A stretch of 64,000 nt of DNA, taken from Lytechinus pictus. Its lineage: Eukaryota. This document shows, piece by piece, positions 13,201 to 25,200 of this stretch (position 1 is its first letter; each line of letters starts with the position of its first letter). Below the pieces are notes generated by a model, which was not told where the DNA came from, did not search any database, and worked only from the letters and a program-made list of their open reading frames with translations. Location of the stretch: contig NC_087251.1 in assembly GCF_037042905.1 (NCBI RefSeq), forward strand, positions 11,782,001 through 11,846,000, in the 5' to 3' direction. The position numbers and the translations under genes were made by a program.

Positions 13201-16200
13201 AATAATAATAATATTGGATGACCAATTTTTGTGGGATGCGTAGAAATATTGTTACTTGCTGAAGAACAATATTGGATTTGTCTCTGACTCATCCAATATT
13301 GTTCTTTAGCTTGTACAATACTTCTTCGCATCCCACTCAAGGCCATCTAATATTCTCATCAACATTAAGTTTCCATTTGAAACACATATTTCTCATATCT
13401 GATATCAAACTCTGAAAATATCTAAAGTGGAAGGAGAGGAAATTTAAGAATAAATTAGATATAATCAACCAAATCATAAACTGAACAAAAAGAGAGTCCC
13501 TCCTGATAAACATATTAAATCTATAAAAAGTTTCAAGCAAAATGATTCAGCAGAAGTGTTTCTTCTTGGAAAGACTAACTTCTGTGTTAACATGAAATTT
13601 ACTCATCAAGTCATTCCTGAGCAAGGAGAACACATTAAAGTAGAAATTGTTCATACCACCACAAGAGTTAAGTTTAGCATTTCAATACCAAATTTAAAAA
13701 GGCAGAATATTAGAAATTTCCCTTCAAGTTGTGTTCATTGAACCACACTAAACATTCACAGAAAAGAAGTTGACAACTTAATTTCTTAAGTGGCTATAGT
13801 GAATATTGAGAAATGACGATTTTGCCTTTGGTGCATGCTCACTAATGCATGACTAGAAAGCTCATTTTTAGTCAAAGAAGTTGGTCATTAACGGAAGGGA
13901 AATTTCTACCAACTCACATTACTCCAAAACTTTTCATTGATAAGAAATGCCATTTTTGCTTAAGGGTAATATATTTTATTTGTCATGTCTTTATCAATTC
14001 CATCATAGTGAAATATCAGTATTTTGTAGAGAGAGAGAAAAAAAGGATAATTGATACAAAAGCCCTACACATTAAAAAACAAGGTACATACAAATTATTA
14101 TGTACATAGAAATGGTAACAAGATAGGCGATTTATAATTATCATTTATGAGTTTATCCCTACATGAAAAATTATGAAATTTTAAAAAATTTGAAAATAGG
14201 AAATTTCTATTTGTCTAAAGACTAAAAATTTAACTGTTCAGGGGGTGTTTCACAAACAATTAGGTATGACTTAAGAAGCAAGCTCAAATGCCAATGCACA
14301 CATGATAGGTAATCTTATTAATACACGGTAGTACGCATCCTCATCTAGGATGATTTGACCAATGCGGTGACGCCTTTTATTCCGCACCCAATTGGAAAGG
14401 TAAAAAAGAAAATCAAAGAATAAGAACAAAGAAAGTTTGAGAAAAATCAGACAAATAATGAGAAAGTTATGAGCATTCAAATATTGCAATCACTAATGCC
14501 ATGGAGATCCCCCATTGGCAATGCGACAAGTATGTGTGATGTCACATGTGAACAACTTTCCCTTTGATAGACTAGAAATTACCCCAAAAATGTTTCTTTT
14601 TGCTTTTTCTTATGGTGATACAAACTCTTTATCCATGATAAATTCTTTAAAAATCTGTATTACATGCCCTCCTATAAAAAGAACACATGATCTACTGATA
14701 GATGTGATGAAAGAGGCAGTTTAAGTGAAATATATACTAAAGTAATGGGGAGAGTTGTTCACAAGTGACATCATACATCTTTGTCGCATTGCCAATGTGA
14801 GGATCTCCATAGCATTAGTGATCGCAATATTCAATTGCTCATAACTTTCTCATTATTTGTCTGATTTTTCTCAAAATTTTGTTGATCTGTTTCTTTGATT
14901 TTTCTGTTTTCACACAAGCTATCTTGTTTCAAAGGTTTCATTTTCCTTTAAGTGCGATCCTAAGTCACACTTACTGTACATGTATATATTTGTGAAACAC
15001 CTCCCAGGTACATTGAACATATATTTTGGCAATATGTGCATGCATAATGTATGAAAATTTGAAATTCATCTTTTTACATTCTTTGAATTAAAAATAAATC
15101 AAGTCACCTAAAGTATATATGGTGAAGAAATTCTACTAATGCATCATACAGCTCTTCTGTATTGGTGTAGTCCCAGATATGGACAATCTTATCTGTCTTG
15201 GAGAGTTTGATTTTACTTGGTATCGTTGCTCTTGGACTGGTTTCACCAGCAAAACCCACTCTGATGAGGAAAACAGACAAGAAAAATATGATGAACAGCA
15301 AATTAATTAACAAAATGAATAATTGTGTCAGACATAAATTGACATGTAAGGCCAAGTAAAAAAAGAAAATAGTTGATTGTCCGGGTTTTTGAGAGCAGTG
15401 ATGAGGGAGGTCCTTGTTGAAAATAGACAGGAGCGATGACCGATTCCGCCCACATGCTCTCGCAACTGCCTAAAACTGCCAATTACCGAGCGACTCCCAA
15501 CATGAAAATCGCTCCCGTCCGCGCCCGTCCAGTCTCCAATAACGACTGCATAGTAGTCAGACAGCCAGGCCAGAGCAGCTGCAGTTTTTTTCTTTCATGC
15601 ATCGTCGCGTTCGTACTTGTAACTGAGTGGATTTTTTAGAATCACGGGCGCATTGCTTCAGAAAAATGCGTATCGAGTTTCAAACTCTCGATATCCGGGG
15701 TACTATTTTTCAAAATGCTGCATGGCACCGGCACCAGGCCTTGCCGTATAACTTTGATAGTAAAAAAAAAATCCTTTTTTACTAGATTAGTTTTGCAGAT
15801 ATCCTAAATTTGCATGAAATGAAGAAATTCAGTTTTTTTTAATGTTATTAGTATTTTTCGGAGACTCAACTTCTTAAATCTGAACTAAGCCACTTGGTGT
15901 TTTGGAAATATGGTGCAGATCAAGCAATTTTAAGACCGAAATTAGGATTTTCAGTGGGGATTTTTGGTAACAGTCAATGTCTGAGTGTATACATGTATTG
16001 GCGCTAATGGAGTTTCATACCCGCCTGTGTTGCGGTGATGATTGACTGAGCTGTGTGTTGCAGTGATGATTGACTGAGAGCTGTGCCATGTTCAGTGGAT
16101 GTGCTTGGGTAGGCATAGCTTAGCTTGAGAAACAGTTGACATGTTGATGTTAGCAGTCAGGCCGTGATACATTCAATATTTCATAAAATAATTTTCAAGT

Positions 16201-19200
16201 GAGTTTTTATCAAAAAGTAATTGTGACAAGAATTCCTCCGAATAAAAATTCTGTTCAAATTTGATAAACTTCACCCTATTCAATTTGATAGACAAAATTG
16301 TACAAGTTAGAACGTCCAGTTAATTTAATATAGACTACGATACGTGATACAAACAATAATGATAAACATCTAGATCTAGAGTTCTACATAATCAACTATA
16401 CATAAGTTAAGTACATGTAAATGAACAACAATAAATTAAATAATTTAATAATTAGATTTAATAATGCACCTATCAATTGTAAGATGCACCCCCGACCCCC
16501 GGGAATGGTGCGTCATGGTAGGGTCATTTACCAACAAATTAGTGACGCAGGGTACCGTCATGGAAATATTTGGTCCGTCACAGTTTGAGGATTGGGGTTC
16601 GTCAATGTCAGTCATTTTACCTGGGTGCGTCATGATGCCTCAGTGATACAAAAATTACAATATATTTTATATATCTTTCGTTATGAACTCCAGTTCTCCC
16701 AGAAGAAATATAATTGACGAATTATTCCAACAACGTCGGAAAGGAAAATAAAACAGAGTTGAAGTTGGTATCATCTCAGATTAGTTGATGTGTCAGGACA
16801 TGTTTTAAAATTGTTTTGAGGAGCTAACGAGTTAAAATATATTTCATGTACCTTTCGTTATGACCTCTTTTTCTCCGTTTACTGGCCTTACACTAACTTC
16901 CCTTTGTGTCTGCCTACTTCTTTTCTTTCATCCCCTTCACTAACTTGATTGGTCTTTTCTTCTCACTAATGCCCCTTTTGTCTCCTTGTTTCTAGTGTTG
17001 CTTTAGCTTGTCTGTGGTCTATATTATGGTTGTTCCACTTTACATGTTTGTCATTTTGCCTCCGACGAAGATTCTGCTAGGATCGAAAGCTTAGGCCCCT
17101 TTTGACTTTCTAAGAAATATTAAAGACGCATTTTCTCGAAAATGTTAGGAACGTAGATAAAACAAAATAGAAGTTGGAAACATCTTAGATTAGTTGGCGA
17201 TCTATCAGGACATGTTTTAAAATTGTTTTGAACGGCTAACAAGTTAAAATATATTTTATATATCTTTCGTTATGAACTCCCGTTCTCCCAGAAGAAATAT
17301 AATTGACAAATTATTCCAACAACGTCGGAAAGGAAAATAAAACAGAATTGAAGTAGGTAACATCTCAGATTAGTTGGCGATCTATCAGGACATGTTTTAA
17401 AATTGTTTTGAGGAGCTAACGAGTTAAAATATATTTCATATACCTTTCGTTATGACCCCTTTTTCTCTGTTAAGAAATATTACAGACGCATTTTCTCGAA
17501 AATGTTGGAAACGTAAATAAAACAAAACAGAAGTTGGAAACATCTGAGATAAGTTGGCGATCTATCAGAGCATTTTTTAAAATTGTTTTGAACGGCTAAC
17601 TAGTTAAAATATTTTATATATTTTATATATCTTTCATTATGAACTCCCGTTCTCCCAGAAGAAATATAATTGACAAATTATTACAACAACATCGGAGAGG
17701 AAAATAAAACAGAATTGAAGTTGGTAACATCTCAGATTAGTTGGCAATCTATCAGGACATGTTTTAAAATTGTTTTGAGGAGCTAATGAGTTAAAATATA
17801 TTTCATATACCTTTCGTTATTACTCCTTTTTTTCCGTTCATAAATATTAAAGACGCATTTTCTCGAAAATGTTGGAAACGTAAATAAAACAAAACAGAAG
17901 TTGGAAACATCTTAGATTAGTTGGCGATCTATCAGGACATGTTTTTAAATTGTTTTGAACGGCTAACGTGTTAAAATATATTTTAAATATCTTTCGTTAT
18001 GAACTCCCGTTCTCCCAGAAGAAATATAATTGACGAATTATTCCAACAACATCGGAAAGGAAAATAAAACAGAATTGAAGTTGGTAACATCTCAGATTAG
18101 TTGGCGATCTATCAGGACATGTTTTAAAATTGTTTTGAGGAGCTAACGAGTTAAAATATATTTCATATACCTTTCGTTATTTTTAATTTTTAAAATCGAA
18201 TCTGACATTTTACTCTGACGAAGGTGCGTCAGGGAGACGGTCATGGTTGGTCAAAATCTTGAACTGGTGCGTCACTTTTTTCTTTCTTGGCAGGGTCATT
18301 GTATTAAGTAAAGGTGCGTCATTGTTAAGAAACACATGTGCGTCATGGTACCACAAAATCTAGACAGGAATAACCGTTGTTTCTGGGGATTTATTCAACA
18401 ATTTCTGACATTTTACTATCATCCCCATTCACCGACAGTAGTGTGTTAGTGCGAGCCTGCATGTGTAATCATTTCTTCCAATTCGGGCGACCGGGTTTTG
18501 TCTATATATTTTATTTTTTTTACATTCTAAATGACATTGTTTTATCTTGAACGAAGGCCCACTATTTTCGTTAGACTCTAATCTTTCTTTTGATACTATA
18601 AATATTGCAAGAAAATATACGTTACCGATGATTTATTCCTTATTTTTTGAATTTTTCTGCCGGAGAGGAAAAATGGCAACCGTGTGTTGCTGCCCTCTAC
18701 GTTCAACGAGTTGTGCTTTTATCAAGGCTTTCCGATCAGAATCAATGCGAGTGACAAGTTCCGAACGCACGCACATCTACAAGCGCAATGCATTGGCAAA
18801 AATCGTGATATATAGCGACTGGTAAATACGTCTGTAATGATGATGACGTCATCCAAGATGGCATCTTACGTTGGCCAACGAAAGGATCGAAGATGAGTAT
18901 GTTTTGATCATCATTTGAAAGGTAACTGCGGTCTAAGGTACAATATTTCTGAATTTTATATATTTTTTCATAAATTTGATGTCATTTATTTTTTTTATAA
19001 TGTGACATTTTATGTACAAAAAAACAATCTGAAAATCGGGTTTCCGCCGAATGTTAGATCTAACGTTACTGCTTATACGTTGTCTGTACGTACGGGCCTC
19101 CAAGCTCATCAGTCTATGTATTGGTGAGTGAGCCAACTTTTACAAAGAGCTAATAGAAAGTGTAGAATCAAACTCACTCCCTGCCTTGATATGTTTACAA

Positions 19201-22200
19201 GAAACATGGTTCACTGATTTCAATATATTAGCAATTCCAGATTTCATCCCAGTAATAGAAAATAGAGGCCAAGGAGGAAGAGGAGGAATTGCAATATATG
19301 TGCAACAAACAGTTACTTTCAAAGAAGTTAATTTCCCTCAAATCAAGGAATATCAAAGAATTGACATTTTCACTTATGACAAGGTCATTTCATTAATCAA
19401 TTATTATAATCCCTGTCAAAAGATAGAATTGCGCGATTTAGAAGATTTGATTGAAAATTGTTCAAAAAACATAATAATTACAGGTGATTTCAATTCACAC
19501 AACCCTCTGTGGGGTAGCATAAAGTGAGATAGTAATGGGACATTAGTTGAAAACTTTATAACAAATTATGATTTAGTAGTATTGAATGATGGGACACCTA
19601 CAAGAATGGACATCCATACAGGGACAAGGTCTTGCCTAGACTTAACAATTGCTTCGAAGGAAATTGCCAGCAAACTAAAATGGAACGTGCTAGAAAATTA
19701 CGGGAGTGATCACAATGTCATCAAGTGCTCACTGCACGAAATAGAATATGTAGATCATAATATCAATCCTCATGAAAAGAATTGGTCCTTCAAGCATGTA
19801 AACTGGGAAATATATCGGGAAAAAATGAAACATAAATTTAGTAAAATAAAGATATTACAATTTTCACACGATCAGAATATTCAAGATAAATACAATTTGA
19901 TTTTGCAGATAATTAACGAAGTGGCAGAAGAAACCCTTCGCAAAGCGGGCCAAAATCGAAAAGCCAAAAACCCAGTTCCTTGGTGGACACTAGAATACTA
20001 AGAAGCAATTAAAGAAATAAATAAATATAGAAATCGATTAAATAGACATTTTAGAAAGGAGGACTTGGAAATGTATAGGAAAAAGAAAGCATATGCCCCA
20101 AAAATAAAGAGACGAACACAAAAGGAATACTGGTTAAATTACTGTCAGTCTTTGAGGAGAAAATCCAACTTAGGAAAAGTATGGGAAATGGTAAAAGGAC
20201 TACAAAATGGTTCTGTCTCAAAACATATATTTCCCAATTTATTAACAGAAAACAATACACCAGTAGCTAATGCTCAAGAAAAGGCAGAATTGGTTGCTAA
20301 GGCTTTTAAAAACGATAGACAATCGATTAGACAATGACGAGATTATTAGAAGAAATTCATTTGAAAATTAAATACAAAATACGATCAAAGAAAGCTGCTC
20401 TTCTGAATCACCTCTTGATGATGAATTTACATAGATGAATTAACAAGCGCTGTTAAAGAAATTAAAAATTCTGCAGCAGGAATAGATGGTATCAAATCAA
20501 TTATGATACAACACCTACCGAAAATAGCTCTTCAGTTCATATTAGTTTTAGTAAACAATATTTGGAAATCCTCAATTCTACCCTCAGATTGGCATTATTC
20601 TACCCAGATCCCTGTACTTAAACCAGGTAAAGACCCAACAAACCCTTCTTCATATCGACCTATTTCCTTGACATCAACTTTCTCCAAACTGATGGAAAGA
20701 ATGGTTAAAATAGACTTGTATGGTTCATGGAGCGATGCAGTATCCTGACACCAACACAGGCAGGATTTAGAAAAAATAGAAGTTCTTTAGATCAGCTCCT
20801 TAGATTAGAAACGGACATACAGAAAGGATTAGCTAACAAGGAGTATGTACTAGTTATTTTCATTGACCTTGAAAAGGCATACGACCTTTTATAAATGGAG
20901 AAAGGGAATAGTATTTAAATGTCATCAAGCTGGTATAAAAGGAAAAATGTAACAGTGGATTAATTCATTTTTACAAGATCGATATTGCAAGGTAAAAATT
21001 AATGGCCAGTTATCTTCACAATTTGTTCTGGAAAATGGAACGCCCCAAGGTAGTGTTATTAGTCCAATTTTGTTCAATTTAATGTTGAATGATCTAAAAC
21101 TGATAGAAAAATCTGTAAAAATCTCTATGTATGCCGATGATATTGCCGTATGGTGCTCAGGCAGAAATCTTGACTTTTTACAAAAGAAAATGCAGAAAGC
21201 TATAAAAGAAATTGAACAGTGGTGCTCAACCTGGAGTATGATTATTTCTCCTCAAAAGTCTGCTGTTATGATTTTTACCAATAGGCAGCATATAGAGGTA
21301 AATATTAAGGTTAAAGATAACTCTATACCACAATACAAAGAATATAAGTTTCTGGGTATTTGGTTTGATGTGAAACTCACCTGGAAAAAGCACATCGATT
21401 ATATAAAACTCAAATGTTCAAAAAGAATCAATTTGTTACAGTGTATAGCAGGAACAAGTTGGGGGAATAATAAAACAATTTTTTATATAATATACAAAGG
21501 TCTTATTAGATCCATATTAGACTACGGATGTGAGTTATACGACTCGGCTAGCCTTTCGCTAAAACAAGAATTAGATTCAGTCCAATATCAGTCACTGAAA
21601 ATAATAACTGGTGCAGTATATTACCCTGCCGTTGAAGCACTACAGGTAGAATGTGGTGAAAGACCTTTACAACTAAGAAGAGAACTGTCTGTTGACAAAT
21701 ACATGTTTTATCTTTTAACAAACAGAGATAGTCATCATCCTACTTTAGAAATTATTGAACCTTCCTGGTATATTGATCAATTTACTTGGAAATCAGGTCG
21801 TGGACCCTTTGTAGTCAGAGCATGTAAGCCAAATGAAGAGATCCAAATTGAACAACTAAGCCAAAGAATATTACGAGAACCTTTTTGGTCATATGAAATA
21901 CCTAATATTTCTTACTATATCCATAAGATTATCAATAAACAACGTAACTTAGTACAAGATATGAAAAACTGTGTCTCAGAAAGGATATATACAAGATGGA
22001 AAGGTTACTTAAATTTCTACACTGATGGATCAAAACAAGAAGACAAGAGAACCGGCTCTGCTTTTTATATACCAGAACTGGATATTAAAAGATTCTATAG
22101 ATTAAATTCTGTAAGTATAATGAGAGCCGAATTAACAGCAATGGTAATGGCACTTGATTGGCTAGGAGCGTCCGTAACGTTGGGGAAGTACAATAAGAAA

Positions 22201-25200
22201 CAAGATGGCGGCGTAAACATCGGGCAAGTCTCTTCCGTCTTTTCACAATATTTTTTCATTTTTTTAAAATGAATTCTTGTTTAAAGATAACAACGAGAGC
22301 GTAGAAATGTCGGAAATGAAGTTTTATCCCATGAACATGATTTAGGTCTAGATCTTTTAGAAGGAAAGTAGAAATCTCGGGGGTGAAAGTTTCAGGTTTT
22401 GGCTTCCTTTGTGTGGGTCTATGAGATAGAAGCCCTGGCTTCGTATGAGAGTAACCTTACGTTAGTAAATGATTTTTACTCTCTAGAAGCCGCCTGGCTA
22501 GGACAAACTGCGATGCGAAACCATGCGCTGAAGCCTGAATCTGAATCATGAAAAAAAAATGGCTCTCGAAAACTGAAGTGAAAATGGCTCTGGTAAAATG
22601 AAAATGGCTCTCATTTTTTTTTTCAAAATGGCTCCCTAAACATGCTAAAAATAAAAAGTTATCTCAACACGACAATGCGTTATCCCACTCCCAGTATGGT
22701 TGAAAGTACCCCTTATCGACCACCTAATCTTCTAAGCATCGTATCTGCGAAAATATTCATCAATTGTACCCAGTTTTCGTCTCATTTGTGCAGAAAATTG
22801 AGCAGATCAGATTCCCATGTTTCGCTCGGCGACTCCGATTCAATCCGCGTACATATCGACGAACAACGAATACGACGATTTTACATTTGCTTATTTGCAC
22901 CCGTCTTTTGAAACCGACCACCCGCGATACATTAAGTTTACGGCCGATTCTTGTCGCGGTGGCGAAATATTTTTACTCTTCCAAATCAGTTCTATGATGT
23001 CAACATGCTAAATGATCGTCTCACTACTTCCACTGCGAGCTCCGGCACATGATTCGACGATTGACGACGGGTATTTGTTCTTAAGCGGTTTCCTATCGGA
23101 TTTCTTGGTTTTTCAGCGGGGTTTGGGTCTGGTCAATACAATTTTGATTAATTCTAGTAAATTTTTACTTTTTGTTCCTTCCTTTTTTCTCGTAAAATCG
23201 ATTCATACTGTTTCTATGGACACTGCGCCTACTCTCCCGCGCGTATCGTTTGTAATACGCAATAATTTTAACGCGCGCAAGGTGGTCGGTTTCAAAAGAG
23301 GTGGTCGATATGTGGTACTGGTAGTAGGTATGTGCGAATACGGGCGCATCGCGAGCGCTGGTTTTGGCTGCACGGTTTTCGCGCGGGTTTTGCTGCAAGT
23401 GGCATCGCCTCTGTCTGGGCGGCTCATCGAAAATGGGGTTTCATGCACATGCGCACATAGTTGATGCAATCTCGTGCCTTGATACAGACAGTTGAAAATG
23501 TGCTCTTTCTGTACATATAAGTTTCAATGTGGATACTCGCCTGTGAAGTGTGGATATCGGAGCTTGAAAGTTCATCAAATTTTTGGATGCGCAAATGATC
23601 GAAATTTTTTTATGGTAAGTAGAACTACGATCCAATTATGTATCTAAATTGTTTTAGAATATATTCAAATCTACAAAAAATGTCAAATCAAAAGATTCTA
23701 TCGTGGAGCAGTCCAGATATAAGCGAAGCGAGCTACCCTTGTCACAGCCGGTCTCTCAGCAGTCGAGCTGCCCGATGCGGTGGGCTCCCGACGGTCTTTC
23801 GGCAGTCAAGCTACCGGTACCCGATGCGGAGGGCTTGGTGACGGGAGTGGTCGATAGTGAGTCGTTCATGCTGGATTGAACTGGATCTAAATTGTTCACT
23901 TGATAATATTGTGCCTTTTTCTGAAAACGTCTGTCATTATACCGTAGATTGTTATTCTGATATTGATTTAATTGATTTAATATTGATTTAAATATATACA
24001 TTTTGTCACAAAAACATTCTTTCCTCCTAAGGTTATAGAGTCAACATGAACATGTTTTACTTTGATTGTTCAATCATGTTTTATCATTTGGAAACTGGAT
24101 TATTTTGGAAGTGGAATATTAATGTTGACTTATTAAATTAAAATGCAAAATCTATAGTGTTTTTTTTTTTCTTTTGTAGAAAAAAAAATATTTTGAAACT
24201 TTTCAATCATGTTTCATTATTTTGAGACTGGATTTGCTTTTGAAAGGGGAATATCATAAATGTTGACTTTTTAATTAAAATGCAAAAATTATGTTTATTT
24301 TTTAGTTTCTTTTTTTATATATTTTTTAAATATTTTTTTTTGGTCATATTTCAATATTTGGAGACTGGATTTGCTTTTGAAAGGAGAATATCTTAAATGT
24401 GATTTTTTTATTAAAATGCACGAACTAGATGTTGTTTATTTTTTGTTGTTGTAATTTTTTCACTCTTATGAGAAAATACATGAAAACTCAGAGGAAAGGA
24501 TATTTCATTTCCAGATGGGTCTAACTCCTGTATTTATGTTTTCTTTATTATTAATTGTACTATTTATTTTTTTATTCACTTTTCTTTTTTTAGGGGTGCA
24601 GGTGGGGGTTGTGTTTTGAATTGGAAAATGGGGATGGGATTGGTACAAGTTTTTGTGTCACTTTTGTTTCTCTTGTTTTTAGTGCTTGTTTGGAGCTTTG
24701 ATGTCTGTTTTGTTGTTGTTTAAAGCTTTGTTATATATTTTTACTGGTTGTTTTTTGTTTTGTTTTAAAAGAAATAGACCACTCTTTTCCTTTTCTTTTG
24801 GCTTCGACTAATAATTTGAATTTATTTTTCTTTAAAAAGAGAGCTCAAACAGGGCCTTTGTAATACAATGTATGTATACAAATCTAAGAAATTGACAACT
24901 GATAGAATATATTAAAACTTCATTTTCGTCCTTCTTGATACTTGAAATAAATTGCATACAATTCTACATACATATTTTACACTCAGCTGCTCATTCCTTC
25001 TAAAAAAATGTAATCACATGTCCATTGTCTCTCAAATCAAAAGCTACATATTATAACAAATTGTTGAAACAATAGAATACATAAGGAATTGGTGAAACAA
25101 TCAAATACATCAGAAAAAAACACACATATTTTTATTTGGTCATACAAAGTACAAAAGAAATTTTTTATATGTAAAAAAGGACCCCCGTACATACAAAATT

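Noticed and set aside
16025..16085. C/D box snoRNA (GTGATGA...CTGA twice)
   Set aside because: The boxes are only 4 nt apart within a ~28-bp tandem duplication, leaving no room for guide sequences.
21070..22272. 400-aa ORF as a functional or domesticated RT gene
   Set aside because: It starts at TTG mid-RT, the upstream frame has several stops and frameshifts, and RNase H is truncated.
23012..23469. 150-aa and overlapping ORFs
   Set aside because: No recognisable domain or splice context; explained by locally higher GC in a repeat.
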